From NCBI GenBank assembly GCA_000990355.1, contig LBSX01000001.1:3392-67391 (forward strand): a stretch of 64,000 nucleotides of DNA, read 5' to 3'. The stretch is from Candidatus Magasanikbacteria bacterium GW2011_GWC2_37_14. GTDB taxonomy: Bacteria; Patescibacteriota; Patescibacteriia; Magasanikbacterales; UBA922. A model generated the notes under the pieces. The model had not been told where the DNA came from, ran no database searches, and saw only the letters and a list, made by a program, of their open reading frames with translations. Each line of letters begins with the position of its first letter. Position 1 is the first letter of the stretch. Positions 18,961 through 29,107 of the stretch are shown piece by piece. Position numbers and translations under genes: made by a program.

Positions 18961-20432
18961 ATTTTTCTCACCACTCCCTTGTCGGCATCCACCTCTACCT
19001 CATCACCATCATGCAAAACATCGGTAGCAACTTTGGTGCCAATTATACAAGGAACTTTTAGTTCACGAGCCACTATTGCCGCATGACAAGTAATGCCACC
19101 CAAATCAGTAATAATCGCCGCAGCCTTTTTCATGGCTGGCACAATACTCGGGTTAGTCATATGCGAAACCAAAATATTACCTTCATGCATTTTTGCCATT
19201 TCCTGAATTTTATTAATAATTTTTACTCTGCCAGTTACTTTACCTTTAAAAGCAGGCTGACCGGTAAGTTCTTGACTATTTTTTTGAATATTTTTTTCTT
19301 CAAAAAATTTCATTTTTGCTCGTATTTTTTTGGCTTCTTCTCCAGAATAATAAACCGTTTGTCCACGATCGGCAATATGCAAACTATATTTCATTCGCTG
19401 GCTGGCCAATTGTGACAAATCTTCACCCTTGATTAACACTCTTTCAAAATCTGTATGTGCCAAAAATCTAACCTGCTCCATGGTTAAATAAGTACGTTTG
19501 GCAACTTCTTTAAATATTTTATCCATTGAATAATATCCAAAAAACTGGGCGTCTTTACTTAAAAGACGGGTATAAAAAGAATCTTGGACAATTTTAAAAA
19601 TCTTTTGGTGTGTGGGATGAATATTATAAGTAGCAAAAATTTCTTTTTGCTGTCTTAAGGTTTCTTGCATCTCTTTTTTTAGATTTTCCAAAAACTTTTT
19701 AGCGCCTTTGTCTTTCAACTTATTCAACTCTTCATTAAAATATGCTTTATCCAAAAATTTTCCTTGTAAACCATATTCCAACCATTCGTATTTTTTTGTA
19801 TGCTTACTCAAAGCAGTTTCTTGTTTACTATTTTCAAGCAAAACAATTTTGGCTAATTCTTCTTTTTCTTTGGTCCAGATACTTTTTTCTTTTGGCACAC
19901 AAAGAATTTGAAAAGCATCATTGGGTTCAAGCTTCACTTCATTTTTAACATCTTGATATTTTTCTTGTAAATAATCTTGTAAATATTTGCTAAGCAAATT
20001 ATAGGGTGTTTCCAAAAACCACATTGGTCCGCGCGGGTCATGCACCAAAATTTGCTTTTGTTCAAACTTATTTATCCAGGTTAACAAATCTTTATTAGTA
20101 GCTTTTTTAAGATTAAGTGTTTGTAGATGCTTACCAAAAACAAACATTTCTTTGGCATACTTTTCGGTTACTTTATGTAGCCCATCCCAACGTTTGGGAT
20201 TGGTAAACATCCAAGAAAAAACCTCTTTATTGGTAGCATCAAAATGTTCTTTGGTAACAAAAAGATTACAACTAGAATTAATATATTCTGCGCCTAAATA
20301 ACGGCCGGGAATAAAACCCCAACGTTTTGGTAAATTGGTGGTAAAACCTTCCCAAGTAGCAGTTACAAAAAGATAATTTGCATAATCTTCTTTTTCTATT
20401 AATTGCCATTCTTTGTTGTATGGTATTTGCAT
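18957..20432 (-). CDS. Array paralogue 8: helical domain + PEP-utiliser swivel His domain
   Basis: TDLGGITCHAAIVARE; ATGA overlap with next gene. Confidence 0.9.
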   Translation of the reverse strand: MQIPYNKEWQLIEKEDYANYLFVTATWEGFTTNLPKRWGFIPGRYLGAEYINSSCNLFVTKEHFDATNKEVFSWMFTNPKRWDGLHKVTEKYAKEMFVFGKHLQTLNLKKATNKDLLTWINKFEQKQILVHDPRGPMWFLETPYNLLSKYLQDYLQEKYQDVKNEVKLEPNDAFQILCVPKEKSIWTKEKEELAKIVLLENSKQETALSKHTKKYEWLEYGLQGKFLDKAYFNEELNKLKDKGAKKFLENLKKEMQETLRQQKEIFATYNIHPTHQKIFKIVQDSFYTRLLSKDAQFFGYYSMDKIFKEVAKRTYLTMEQVRFLAHTDFERVLIKGEDLSQLASQRMKYSLHIADRGQTVYYSGEEAKKIRAKMKFFEEKNIQKNSQELTGQPAFKGKVTGRVKIINKIQEMAKMHEGNILVSHMTNPSIVPAMKKAAAIITDLGGITCHAAIVARELKVPCIIGTKVATDVLHDGDEVEVDADKGVVRKI

Positions 20433-20435
20433 AAT

Positions 20436-20550
20436 AATCTCGAGCCACAGCGAGAGATCCCTTTTCTATGAGATTAACTCGCTATATTAAATTAGTTGTT
20501 TAGTTAAATCGAAAGGGATTCCTCACCCCGCATTTGCGGGGTTCGGAATT
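20436..20550. repeat. R2 palindromic element, supplies TGA of paralogue 7
   Basis: Reverse complement closely matches 58595-58704, including the AT-rich spacer. Confidence 0.85.
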
Positions 20551-22013
20551 ATGGTGACAACCCCCTTACTCGCATCCACCTCTACTATATCACCATCCTT
20601 CAACACTTTAGTAGCAATTTTAGTGCCGATCACACAAGGAATGTTTAGTTCTCTTGCTATTATCGCAGCATGACAAGTGAGCCCACCTTCATCTGTAATT
20701 ACAGCTTTGGCTTTTTTCATAGCTGGCAAAAATTCTGGTTGTGTCATACAAGCCACTAAAATGTCTCCTTCCTGCATTTTTACCAATTCACTTTCTCCTC
20801 TACATACTTTCACAGTACCAGTGACTTTACCCACAGAAGCACAATTACCTTTAATTTCAGTAACATCTTCAATTTCTTTATTTTTATTTAATTTAGACCA
20901 GAATAATTCTGCGTCCTTGCCTACAAACACCTTTGGCTCTTCCTGCGGAAGAAAAACATATAGACTACTCTTTCGACGTTTTTCCAACTCTGGCACAATC
21001 TCAGGTAACTGTTCCAATTCTGCTGGAAGAATATAGTGTAAGTAACTTAAAGGAATTTTAAATTTACTAGCTATTTCTTTTAAAATTAATTCTAAATAAA
21101 TGATTGACTGGGTCATGTATTCCTTACGGCGATCGTGAATAATAAATAAGGTGTCCGCGATCTCCAGAAGGTCTAATAATTCCTGATTTTCAATTTTTTT
21201 CATCAATTTTTTCTTCTCTGCCAATTTTTTTGGTAAACTCTCAAAATCATTGATAAATTTTTCAAAATCTACACCTTTATTGAACGTCTCCTTTAGCTCG
21301 GATACAAAATCTTTACTATCCAAAAATTTAGATGAAGTATAACTATTTAATTTCCAATAATACTTTTTTTGATGATGAAGAATCTTTTTAGCAATTTTTC
21401 TATTCGACAAAATTCCATCCATATCCACATCTTGCAAACCTTTCTTTTTTATCTCACGTGCAATCAAACATAAATTGTAATGTTCCCTCGATACGAACGA
21501 ATGAATAACGGGGGTAGTTAATAATAGTAGATCATTTTGACCACTAAACAATTCCTTAACCAACGTTCTTATTTTTTCCTCTGTAGTTAAAGTAAAACCC
21601 TCCACAATATGTGAAACACTAAGAAGATATGCATATAATTCATTTGCTTTTCCCCAAGCAGTATAAAGTTCTTCTAGTGACGCTGTGGACCATTCCTTTT
21701 TACCTAAAATCTTAAACTGCTTTAATGTTTTTTTACAAATTTTTTCATCAGATTTTAGTAAATAAAATAAAAAATTCTTACTACTTTTAAAACGTTCTTG
21801 TAACTCATTATTAATCCTATGTAAATCATCCCAACCATACAAAAAATAACACACATCATTTGAAAAATACTCTATACAAACAGAATAGCCAAAATTTAAA
21901 AATTTTGGCATATCTCTAACCATTGACCAAGCCGGGCCATGAAGTAGAGCAGGCACACCATTGAATCCCTGAAAATACCAACTTTTTTCAGTTAAATAAT
22001 TAATTTCTTTCAT
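20523..22013 (-). CDS. Array paralogue 7: helical domain + PEP-utiliser swivel His domain
   Basis: TDEGGLTCHAAIIARE. Confidence 0.9.
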   Translation of the reverse strand: MKEINYLTEKSWYFQGFNGVPALLHGPAWSMVRDMPKFLNFGYSVCIEYFSNDVCYFLYGWDDLHRINNELQERFKSSKNFLFYLLKSDEKICKKTLKQFKILGKKEWSTASLEELYTAWGKANELYAYLLSVSHIVEGFTLTTEEKIRTLVKELFSGQNDLLLLTTPVIHSFVSREHYNLCLIAREIKKKGLQDVDMDGILSNRKIAKKILHHQKKYYWKLNSYTSSKFLDSKDFVSELKETFNKGVDFEKFINDFESLPKKLAEKKKLMKKIENQELLDLLEIADTLFIIHDRRKEYMTQSIIYLELILKEIASKFKIPLSYLHYILPAELEQLPEIVPELEKRRKSSLYVFLPQEEPKVFVGKDAELFWSKLNKNKEIEDVTEIKGNCASVGKVTGTVKVCRGESELVKMQEGDILVACMTQPEFLPAMKKAKAVITDEGGLTCHAAIIARELNIPCVIGTKIATKVLKDGDIVEVDASKGVVTIIPNPANAG

Positions 22014-22024
22014 AAATAAATTTG

Positions 22025-23461
22025 TTAAATAACCCTTTTTATTATACCATTAAATGCATCCACCTCAACCACATCGCCATCATGTAAAAACTTAGTAGCA
22101 AATTCTGTACCAACCACACAAGGTATTTGTAACTCTCGCGCTACAATGGCTGCATGGCATAACATTCCCCCTTGATTAGTTACGATTGCTTTAGCTTTGC
22201 GAATCGCTGGTAAATAATCTGGATCAGTCATAGGACAAACTAAAATTTCTCCTTCTTCCATTTTATCAACTTCATCCATAGAATGTAAAATATTTACCAC
22301 TCCAGTTTCTTTTCCCTGCCAAATTGGTGTGCCTTGTAAAAATTCTATGGCCGGGACTTCCTTCTCAACAACTTGTAACAAGCTCTCGGCTTCCGAGCCA
22401 GAACAATGTAATACCTCTCGTTTGGAGCCCAAGACACAATAACTTTTGATTCTTCGATTCAATTCATCTACATCGGGTGATTGTCCATTCATTAACAACT
22501 TTTTTAACTCGCCAATGGTTAACATAAAGAGCTGATTATAAGACAAACCGTGTTCAGCGGCAATTTTTTTAAAAAAATTACGCTGGTGGGCACCGGCTAT
22601 AGAAATTACATCCCAATTTTCCTCTTTCAAGTCAGCTAAATCGCGCACAATATCCAAAAATTTCCAAGCTTCGGGGTATTTAATTTTTAAATCTTCTAAG
22701 ATTGTTTCTGCTTCTTGATGCTGTAACTCTTTTTTCTGAATTAATAATTTCAATTTTTCTTCTGGCTTTTCTTTACTCAACTTTTCTATTTCCTGGCGGT
22801 AATATTCTGCATTAAATGGCTCCGTCCACCAACATAGAGAATTAGTCCAGCCATAATCCGTCGCATGTTTTTTAAAATCTTCTGCAACATCCCCACCAGC
22901 TTTTAATTTTATGGCAATGTTTAATAAATTAATTTCTCCTAAAATTATTGGGAAGTCTTTTTTAGGCAAGGCCGCCTTGGCTACTAGCTCCGCTTGGCTT
23001 ATTTCTCTTCCAGCTAAATTAAATTTTTGTGGCAAATCCAAAAAAATTTCTTGCAAAGCTCCATCAGCTAACATAATACCAAGCCAATAACGGGTATGAT
23101 TAAAACTGGTAAGTAAATAATCTTCAATCTTCTCCCAAACCAAACTCGTTAATTGTATTCCTAAAAGTTTATCTCTGGAAGCATAAATTAATTTTTGATA
23201 ATCTTTTCTAAACTGCACAGAATCATTTTTTAAAATTTCTTTTACCTCCTGCACTCCCTCTCGATAATCTTCTTCCAAAATAAATTGACCATGACCTAAA
23301 ACTAAATAATATTTTGGTACATATGGCACAGTAATTTTAAAATCTCCATCAACAGCGTTGCGCGACATTCCATCTTCAAACATGCCAGTATGTTTCCATC
23401 GGCCAAACAAATGCCATTTATTATTTTTGATTATTTCTGTTTGATTCATATTATCTGTCAT
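22025..23461 (-). CDS. Array paralogue 6: helical domain + PEP-utiliser swivel His domain
   Basis: TNQGGMLCHAAIVARE; first ATG lies inside R1c, true start may be 4 codons later. Confidence 0.9.
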   Translation of the reverse strand: MTDNMNQTEIIKNNKWHLFGRWKHTGMFEDGMSRNAVDGDFKITVPYVPKYYLVLGHGQFILEEDYREGVQEVKEILKNDSVQFRKDYQKLIYASRDKLLGIQLTSLVWEKIEDYLLTSFNHTRYWLGIMLADGALQEIFLDLPQKFNLAGREISQAELVAKAALPKKDFPIILGEINLLNIAIKLKAGGDVAEDFKKHATDYGWTNSLCWWTEPFNAEYYRQEIEKLSKEKPEEKLKLLIQKKELQHQEAETILEDLKIKYPEAWKFLDIVRDLADLKEENWDVISIAGAHQRNFFKKIAAEHGLSYNQLFMLTIGELKKLLMNGQSPDVDELNRRIKSYCVLGSKREVLHCSGSEAESLLQVVEKEVPAIEFLQGTPIWQGKETGVVNILHSMDEVDKMEEGEILVCPMTDPDYLPAIRKAKAIVTNQGGMLCHAAIVARELQIPCVVGTEFATKFLHDGDVVEVDAFNGIIKRVI

Positions 23462-23549
23462 CCTGAATTTATTTCAGGATCTTTTTTAAGTATTTTTTAT
23501 TTAATAAATCTAGATAACGAAAAGATGCTGAAACGAGTTCAGCATGACA
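23456..23549. repeat. R1 palindromic element copy c (94 bp)
   Basis: tgtcatcctgaatttatttcaggatc...gatgctgaaacgagttcagcatgaca. Confidence 0.9.
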
Positions 23550-25047
23550 GCTTTCTGACAATCCCCGCCTCTAGATCCACCTCCACCCGATCACCATCCT
23601 TAAAAACTTGTAATAAATGTTTAACACCAATTAAACAAGGTTTATTGAGTTCACGAGAAACAATAGCTGCGTGACAAGTAAGCCCACCAGTTTGCGTAAC
23701 AATTGCCGCCGAACGACGCATGGCTGGCACATGGTCCGGTGTAGTATTACTAGAAAGTAGTATATCACCAGCCTCTACTTTGTTTATATCTTGATTAGAC
23801 ATGACGATTTTAACAATTCCTTGCACTTGTTTCACTCCTCCACCACAAGCAACTGTACCAGCAAATTCAGTTAGTTCCAAATCTACTTCTTCTACTTCTA
23901 CATTATCCTTCATCCATTGTTTGGCTTCTTCTCCTACCAAAATTTTATCACTGTCTTTTTCGGAAATAAGTAAAGCATAATTTAAACGCTGATTTAAAAT
24001 ATCGGCCTTGGGCAAAGGCAATTCATTTTTTAAATAAGCTTGTAATTCCGAAACTGCACACATTCCAAATTGACGAATAGAATAACTTTCTTTTTTGGCA
24101 AAAACAGCCAATAACTTATTTATAGTAAAACAAGCTAGTGCCATAAGATTCGCTCGATAAGCTTTGGTATAACCAAAATCCTGAGCAATAGTGACAAAAT
24201 ATTTTTCATCTTCGCTAAAACCCAATTGCTCCATTATTTTTGTTTGTTTTTGTAATAATTCTTGAAAATTATTTTTAATAATTTTTAACTGTTCACTAGG
24301 TTTAAGATTTTGTGACAAAATATGACTTATTTCTTCTTTAGCATTATTAATGTTATATTCTGGCCCTTTGTAGCCATAAAACACCCAACCATATTTTTCT
24401 ATTGCTTGTAAAATTATTTTTTTGCCATCGTCTGATAAATTATCTAACTTTTCTCCTTGTTCAAATAGCCAATCAGCTATTAAATATAATTCAACTTTTA
24501 AATCTTCGGTCCAAGTTGTGTTTCTCGGAGTAGTAAGAATAGACAAACATTCATTTGCCGACATTTCTACAACAGACAAATTTTTGTTTCTAATTATTTC
24601 GGCAATTTTATTACTCATTCCCCCACCACCTAATTCCACAAACGGCCCTACCATGCCACTGGTACAAATAGTACTAAATAATTCTAAAATTTTTAAAATA
24701 CTCTCTTTAATTTTTTCCTCGGTCATTTGTCCACTTTTAAATTCACCAAGTGTTTCATTACAAAGCAAATACAAACTTTGGCCATTTTTTAACAAATGAT
24801 CTTTTACTTGCTCGGCAAACTGGTGATCATTATTAATTTTTTGCCATAAATAATCACCAAAATCAAACCAACTTTCTTTTTCGGCAATGGCATTCATTAC
24901 TTCACCTTCTACTTGATAAACGAAAGTTTTTAAAATACGACCAGTTAACCTTTCTAAATCCTTATGAAAAAAACCACGAATAATTGGGTGTAAACCTAAA
25001 ATATTACAATTTGGTTCGGTGTTTACTATACAATATTGTTTGATCAT
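23539..25047 (-). CDS. Array paralogue 5: helical domain + PEP-utiliser swivel His domain
   Basis: TQTGGLTCHAAIVSRE. Confidence 0.9.
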   Translation of the reverse strand: MIKQYCIVNTEPNCNILGLHPIIRGFFHKDLERLTGRILKTFVYQVEGEVMNAIAEKESWFDFGDYLWQKINNDHQFAEQVKDHLLKNGQSLYLLCNETLGEFKSGQMTEEKIKESILKILELFSTICTSGMVGPFVELGGGGMSNKIAEIIRNKNLSVVEMSANECLSILTTPRNTTWTEDLKVELYLIADWLFEQGEKLDNLSDDGKKIILQAIEKYGWVFYGYKGPEYNINNAKEEISHILSQNLKPSEQLKIIKNNFQELLQKQTKIMEQLGFSEDEKYFVTIAQDFGYTKAYRANLMALACFTINKLLAVFAKKESYSIRQFGMCAVSELQAYLKNELPLPKADILNQRLNYALLISEKDSDKILVGEEAKQWMKDNVEVEEVDLELTEFAGTVACGGGVKQVQGIVKIVMSNQDINKVEAGDILLSSNTTPDHVPAMRRSAAIVTQTGGLTCHAAIVSRELNKPCLIGVKHLLQVFKDGDRVEVDLEAGIVRKLSC

Positions 25048-25054
25048 AAACGTT

Positions 25055-25148
25055 TGTCATCCTGAACTTGTTTCAGGATCTTTAATAAAATAATATTTAT
25101 CTAGAAAATAATCTAACGAAAAGATGCTGAAATAAATTCAGCATGACA
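25055..25148. repeat. R1 palindromic element copy d (94 bp)
   Basis: tgtcatcctgaacttgtttcaggatc...gatgctgaaataaattcagcatgaca. Confidence 0.9.
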
Positions 25149-26586
25149 GCTTAATCACTGTCCCACTCGTCGCATCCACTTCCACTGTATCTCCATCTTT
25201 TAAAACATAAGTAGCACTCTTGGTGCCAATTATGCAAGGAATGTGCAATTCCCGCGCCACAATGGCCGCATGACAAGTAAGACCACCTTGGTTGGTAACA
25301 AAGGCACTGGCTTTTTTCATAATTGGTAAAAGAGATGGATCAGTAACAATCGATACTAAAATGTCACCTTCACTAAATTTATTCATTTCTTCGGCTCGAT
25401 TTACAATTGATACTTTTCCAATTACCTTGCCTGGATAACCACACTCCCCTTTTAATTCATTAACTTGTTCAAGTTTTGGTAAAACTTTTTTTGCTGGCTC
25501 CACACACTTAACAGCCGCTTCGCCAGTTAACAAATAAATTTTTTCACCATCAAAATATCTTACTGAGTAATTTCCTAGTTCATTGATAAAATCATGTTCA
25601 AAACATCCTTTTTCCAACATTTCAATTAATAATGGCATTGTTATATTGTATATTTGTGCCAAAGAAAAATAATTATCTTTGGCTATTCTTTTTAAAATTG
25701 GTTGTATAGCTTCGTAACTAGAAAAAAGTGCATCCATGCGATAGGTTTTCATGAATAATAATTCTTCCATTTGTCTAAACAAAATAATTTCTGGTTCAGA
25801 AAAATTTAATTTATTAATCCAAAATTCTTTATCAACTAATAATTGCTGATCTTTTTCTAAAACTTCGGCTAATTTTTCCGCTCTACCTTCTTTTAACAAA
25901 CCTTTAGCCACCTCGGTAAAATATTCCAAACTTAAATTTGGACCAGTCCAACCAAAAGTAATCCAGCTAAACTTTTGCCAATGTTTGGTAATTTCTGTTT
26001 GATTATTATTTTCACTTACAATTTTTAGCATTTCTCGCTCTTCTTTTTGGGCTGCCGATAATTCCCGTGGTGTAGACAAAACTTGAAAGACTTTAATTAA
26101 TTCTTCACCTATTAAACCTTTTTCTTTTAAGATGTTTTTTAAATAATCCGATAATAAAGAATTTTCTAATTCCAAAACATTAGTAATTTGTCCCAAGGTC
26201 CAAACTGTAAAATGTTTTTCTTGGTATTTTTTAAACCAACCAACAATTTCTTCTTCACTTAGTGTCCCTACTTCTAACTTTTTTAATTCACTAGACAATA
26301 GATTTAATTCATCTGCAGCTTTTCTTAAATCTGCAGAAACACTAGCCAATTTATTTGGTTCTTGTATAACTTCGGCTAACCAACGTTTACCAATTTCTGT
26401 CCATTCAGAACGAGAAAACATTATTCTTTGAACATTTTTTTCCTGTTCCACAATCATTTGGCTTATCCCATAACCCAGTCTTTCTTTAATAGTAAAAGCC
26501 AAACCATCTACATATGCAGAATGAAACCAAAAAATATCATACCACTCACCAAACAAAAACCAATCTTTTACAGTTATTTTTTTCAT
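25138..26586 (-). CDS. Array paralogue 4: helical domain + PEP-utiliser swivel His domain
   Basis: TNQGGLTCHAAIVARE. Confidence 0.9.
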   Translation of the reverse strand: MKKITVKDWFLFGEWYDIFWFHSAYVDGLAFTIKERLGYGISQMIVEQEKNVQRIMFSRSEWTEIGKRWLAEVIQEPNKLASVSADLRKAADELNLLSSELKKLEVGTLSEEEIVGWFKKYQEKHFTVWTLGQITNVLELENSLLSDYLKNILKEKGLIGEELIKVFQVLSTPRELSAAQKEEREMLKIVSENNNQTEITKHWQKFSWITFGWTGPNLSLEYFTEVAKGLLKEGRAEKLAEVLEKDQQLLVDKEFWINKLNFSEPEIILFRQMEELLFMKTYRMDALFSSYEAIQPILKRIAKDNYFSLAQIYNITMPLLIEMLEKGCFEHDFINELGNYSVRYFDGEKIYLLTGEAAVKCVEPAKKVLPKLEQVNELKGECGYPGKVIGKVSIVNRAEEMNKFSEGDILVSIVTDPSLLPIMKKASAFVTNQGGLTCHAAIVARELHIPCIIGTKSATYVLKDGDTVEVDATSGTVIKLSC

Positions 26587-28028
26587 AATTTCTTAATTAT
26601 ACCATTAGTTGCGTCTACCTCAATTTGATCACCGTCTTTTAAAATCTTATCTGCTTGGGGTACGCCGACCACACAAGGAATTTTTAACTCACGGGCAACA
26701 ATGGCCGTGTGACAAGTAAGGCCGCCTGACTCAGAAACCATAGCAGCCGCCTTTTTCATTGCCGGCACCAAATTAGGGTTGGTATTGTGCGCCACTAAAA
26801 TATCACCTTCATTCATTTTAGACACCTGTTCTGGCAAGTTGATTATCTTAACTGTACCACGAACTTTTCCCGGACAAGCACAAGTGCCAAAAAGTTCGTT
26901 GCTTTCTTTTACTTTAATTTTTTCAAATTTAATTTTGCTCATGAATTCTTTATAAGCTTGACCTGTATACATTACATATTTTTTACCATCACAATACGCT
27001 GCACACTCTTTTAAGCGTTGGTTTAATTCATTTTCATCATATTGATGTTTTAATAATGCTGGGGCAATTTCCCAATGATTCATTGCCCTCACTTGATCGA
27101 GCGACAAACCTAACCTCTTGCCGATTTCTTTAAAAATAAAACTATAACAATACATACCATGATACAACGCCATTTTACGATATTCTTTAATATGTACCAT
27201 TTGCTGTGCAAGCTTAATAAGATCTAGTTGATACTGGTTAAATTTTAATAATTTTAAAAGGTTATTTTGCTCCTGCAACATCTGACGACGATCGGTGATA
27301 ATTTTTTTAAGTAATACTTCTCGTTTTTCACCCAACTCCTCTAACGATTGCCAACGCTCCAAATAGTCTTTTTTAGTATATGCTGGACCTTTAAATTGAT
27401 AAGGTAACCAACAATATTTTTTACAATGTTTATCAAGTTCTTCGATATTTTTTAAACGTAAAAAAGCCATTTCTTCTTTGGTTACAATACTCTGCTGCCG
27501 CGGCGTGGAAAGTGTGCTAAACACAATTGCTGGTATCAAATTTAACTTTTTTTGCTTAATTTGTTCACTAATCATTTTTAAAATTCCTTTACTTACCCGC
27601 TCTTTTTCACAATCTGCATGCCAAGAAACAGATGGACCAATACCATGAGAATAATAATGAAATTTATATGACAAAAGAAAAACTTTAATTAAATCTTTGG
27701 CTGATAATTTTTTTAAATTATATTTTAATTGTCTGTCTGAAGCTTTAAAAAATTCAGTAGACCATTTTTCTACTTTAAGAATAATTTTTAATGCCCAATC
27801 AGGGTTGGCCAACATTTTTTTAGCCAAAAAATCTGCTTCAGCATCAAATTCTTTCCGCAGATAGCACATTCTAGAAAAATCACCCTGGTACCAAGTAAAA
27901 TAATGTTTAACTTTGCCGCCCAAACCAAATTTGGGCCACAGCTTAAAGGAGCCTGTCATTGTTACACCCATTACAAATGGGGTATTCTGGGTAATTTCAG
28001 CAATTACACACCAAGAATTTTTTTTCAT
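26583..28028 (-). CDS. Array paralogue 3: helical domain + PEP-utiliser swivel His domain
   Basis: SESGGLTCHTAIVARE. Confidence 0.9.
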   Translation of the reverse strand: MKKNSWCVIAEITQNTPFVMGVTMTGSFKLWPKFGLGGKVKHYFTWYQGDFSRMCYLRKEFDAEADFLAKKMLANPDWALKIILKVEKWSTEFFKASDRQLKYNLKKLSAKDLIKVFLLSYKFHYYSHGIGPSVSWHADCEKERVSKGILKMISEQIKQKKLNLIPAIVFSTLSTPRQQSIVTKEEMAFLRLKNIEELDKHCKKYCWLPYQFKGPAYTKKDYLERWQSLEELGEKREVLLKKIITDRRQMLQEQNNLLKLLKFNQYQLDLIKLAQQMVHIKEYRKMALYHGMYCYSFIFKEIGKRLGLSLDQVRAMNHWEIAPALLKHQYDENELNQRLKECAAYCDGKKYVMYTGQAYKEFMSKIKFEKIKVKESNELFGTCACPGKVRGTVKIINLPEQVSKMNEGDILVAHNTNPNLVPAMKKAAAMVSESGGLTCHTAIVARELKIPCVVGVPQADKILKDGDQIEVDATNGIIKKL

Positions 28029-29107
28029 ATTTTTTTTATTATACCATTAATGGCATCCACTTCTACCATATCGCCATCTTTTAAAACTTTAGTGGAAATT
28101 TTGGTTCCAGTGATACAAGGGATATTTAATTCACGCGCCACAATTGCTGCATGACAAGTAATACCACCTTCGTCAGTAATAATTGCCTTAGCTTTTTTCA
28201 TAATCGGGATAAAAAAAGGATTTGTCATAACCGTCACAAGGACATTTCCTTCCTTAAAATTAATAATTTCATCATTTTTTAAAATAATATTGACAATTCC
28301 TTTTATTGAGGTTGATCCGGTACAAGAAACCACCCCTCTAATTTCTTGATTGATAAATTGATTAACAGGTGCGGAAAAATAAAAATCTTGTTTTTCAAAA
28401 AAAACTTCTTTTGAAATATTAGTATATACTTTATCACCTAAAAAAATATAACCTGTAGAACGATTCTCTAATTCCTCTTTATTGGGTACATAATTATTAT
28501 CATCAAGCATTTTTTGAATTTCTGTAAAAGTTACAAAAGAAGCATATTTATTTTCCAGTTTTCTTTGCGATAATAAAATTCTAGCCACTGCTCGCCAATA
28601 CTGTACCAATTCTTGAATGGCACCTTCTGATTTTACTCTAGCATTTATCAGGCGTTCTAAAATATCATTTGCTTCTTTAGGATATTTTTCTTTAAGCTGT
28701 GGGGCCCACTGTGCCTGTGGCAATAAATAACTTACTGTATACCAAGGGTACATTTCTCTAGAGAGTTGTTTTATTTTTTCAAATACTGCTCTGTTTGCAA
28801 AATCTTTATTTTTATTAATCTTCCCCATTAATTCACGTATTTGTTTGACCAGTAGAATATAATGATTAATTTTATTTTCACTGAAAAAACCATTTTTAGG
28901 ATCGGTATTTACTACCGCTTTAAAAAAGGCTTTGGCTTCATCAACTACTCTATAAGTTTCCAACAATCGTCCATTAAAATAATATAACTGACTAGGAATG
29001 CCTATTCCAAAAACCTCCATGAGCCTTGGATTCATTTGTCCTGACCACCACTCTGCCCAAGCCAATGTATAATCGCGAGTCCAAGCTAAAAAAATTTCTT
29101 TTTTCAT
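28025..29107 (-). CDS. Array paralogue 2 (short, 360 aa): helical domain + PEP-utiliser swivel His domain
   Basis: TDEGGITCHAAIVARE. Confidence 0.9.
   Translation of the reverse strand: MKKEIFLAWTRDYTLAWAEWWSGQMNPRLMEVFGIGIPSQLYYFNGRLLETYRVVDEAKAFFKAVVNTDPKNGFFSENKINHYILLVKQIRELMGKINKNKDFANRAVFEKIKQLSREMYPWYTVSYLLPQAQWAPQLKEKYPKEANDILERLINARVKSEGAIQELVQYWRAVARILLSQRKLENKYASFVTFTEIQKMLDDNNYVPNKEELENRSTGYIFLGDKVYTNISKEVFFEKQDFYFSAPVNQFINQEIRGVVSCTGSTSIKGIVNIILKNDEIINFKEGNVLVTVMTNPFFIPIMKKAKAIITDEGGITCHAAIVARELNIPCITGTKISTKVLKDGDMVEVDAINGIIKKI

Noticed and set aside
14170-25148. R1 repeats as a CRISPR array or integron attC sites
   Set aside because: Repeats are 94-115 bp and separated by whole genes; no cas or intI gene and no RYYYAAC/GTTRRRY ends seen
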